64,000 nucleotides of DNA from Lama glama (taxonomy: Eukaryota), in assembly GCA_028534125.1 (NCBI GenBank), contig CM052816.1, positions 41,170,001 through 41,234,000 on the forward strand, written 5' to 3'. A program made the position numbers and the translations under genes. Position 1 is the first letter of the stretch. Each line of letters starts with the position of its first letter. Positions 62,795-64,000 of the stretch are shown here, in pieces. The notes beneath the pieces are model-generated. The model was not told the origin of the DNA. It ran no database searches and saw nothing but the letters and a program-made list of their open reading frames with translations.

Positions 62795-64000
62795 TTGACT
62801 TTCCCACAGAAACCCCAATAAAAGGCCTGGCACAGGCTCTCTCCTCAGTCCTCTCTCCTCCTCCTGACTGCACTGTGGTCTCCCCGGCCCCCTGCCTGGC
62901 ACGCGGTAGCCCTCAGTACAAGTTCTGAGTGTGATGGACTGTTTCCTTCCCAGCCCCATTCTCGTCTCCGCCTGTGACCACGCCGACTTTAATATGTCCT
63001 ATTTGACACAGGCATTCTTAGGACAGCGACTGAGCTCTACACTTAAAAATGTTTAAAATGGTAAAATTTTATGTATATTCAACTACGATAAAAAAAAATG
63101 TTTACAGTCAATAATATCCAGCTGTCTTTTCAATCTCTCATATGGAAAAGGTGAATAGTTTACAAATCACTTAAATGTAAGTTATAAACAGAGGTTATAT
63201 ACATTGTCTCAACTGACAGCAACGTAAGTTGATGCATCTTAATTATATACTTTTAGCATGTATTACTTCAAAAATAAAGTGACCATTTTAAGATTATAAC
63301 ATTTGACGTAAGCTATTTTATCCATTTCTACATCAGACTTCTAAGATATCAAAAAGCCTGTATTACTCTTTTTGCACACAAAGAACAATTTTTCCATTTT
63401 ATAACTGTATAGAATTTATGTCTTCTAAGTCCACATCTTTTTATCTTTAGCTAAATTTTCACTTAAATAATTCTCCACCTATCTTAGCTTCTACACTTCA
63501 AGTGAAATTCAGATAAACATCTGGTTGCCAGAAAAGTTTGTAATACTAGTTTAAAATATACTGAGGTAGAGACATGAATTCTCACACTAAATTCCACAGA
63601 AAATCTCAGTGGTAGAATTTCTAGTAAAACACAATGAGAGATGTTTAAAAAAAAAAAGAAATAGAACCCAATATTTGTCCCTCTTTTTACAACAAATGCC
63701 AATTTAATAATGGCTGGGAGATTTATAAAAGAAATACTATTTTTTTTGTTAAACACTGATCATTTACCAAAAAACCAAAAACAAACTAAAATATTAATGT
63801 AATATTAATAATTAAAACTTAACATACTTATATACCATTAAGTAAAATTTGATTTTTTAATTACAAATAATAATATAAAATCTTCCACAAGCTAATTACT
63901 TGTGGATGATCATTAACCATCAGTAAATTTCATAAATTCACGTAATACATACTTATCTATAAGGTTCACATTTTCTGTAACTAGAATAAATTGAATAAAC

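Larger units (their letters stand above)
61825..63025 (+). mobile_element. MER74-like ERVL LTR, split by a MER67-like LTR
   Basis: ggctggccaatttttagagacaacaaagggctcagctgggagcacgactttcatatacaaactaaccaatccagagcc; resumes tttcccacagaaaccccaataaaaggc after 62794. Confidence 0.7.
61390..63098 (+). mobile_element. L1 (L1MB-like) 3' region split by LTR insertions (61390-61824 and ~63027-63098)
   Basis: Left part ends gattgcacagcactgaatggatttgatgccact; right part resumes actgagctctacacttaaaaatgtttaaaatggtaaaattttatg plus A tail. Confidence 0.8.

Noticed and set aside
1..64000. CRISPR arrays, operons, rRNA or prokaryotic defence-type systems; remaining 60-150 aa ORFs
   Set aside because: The sequence is mammalian and repeat-rich with no regularly spaced repeat arrays; the other ORFs lie in repeats or low-complexity DNA and show no recognisable homology.

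Overview
AT-rich mammalian genomic DNA, most likely camelid: two tRNA-derived SINEs match my recollection of the camelid vic-1 family, and there are many artiodactyl-type L1 3' ends. The window looks intronic or intergenic and I cannot recognise any intact protein-coding gene. The one clearly gene-derived feature is a ~1.0 kb processed PSMG2 (proteasome assembly chaperone 2) retrocopy on the minus strand (27082-28087). It has a 10-bp target-site duplication (TSD), no poly(A) tail, a lost start codon, a frameshift and a lost stop codon, and it splits a MIR. The rest is mostly L1, L2, MIR, MaLR/ERV solo LTRs and hAT MITEs. Notable structures are an internally deleted but TSD-flanked L1 retaining both termini, two twin-priming-type inverted L1s, a two-L1 composite under one TSD, and a four-layer nested stack near 62 kb. 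Unexplained items are an ~880-bp non-repeat segment bounded by a 16-bp direct repeat (11292-12169), a diverged ~115-bp duplication (2110/4534), several minus-strand exon-like signals including a 24-nt microexon candidate, and a pair of ISRE-like motifs. All repeat-family names and protein comparisons are by eye from memory, not from database searches, and many repeat boundaries are approximate. I found no convincing evidence of a new biological system; the best lead is the unidentified 11.3-12.2 kb insertion.
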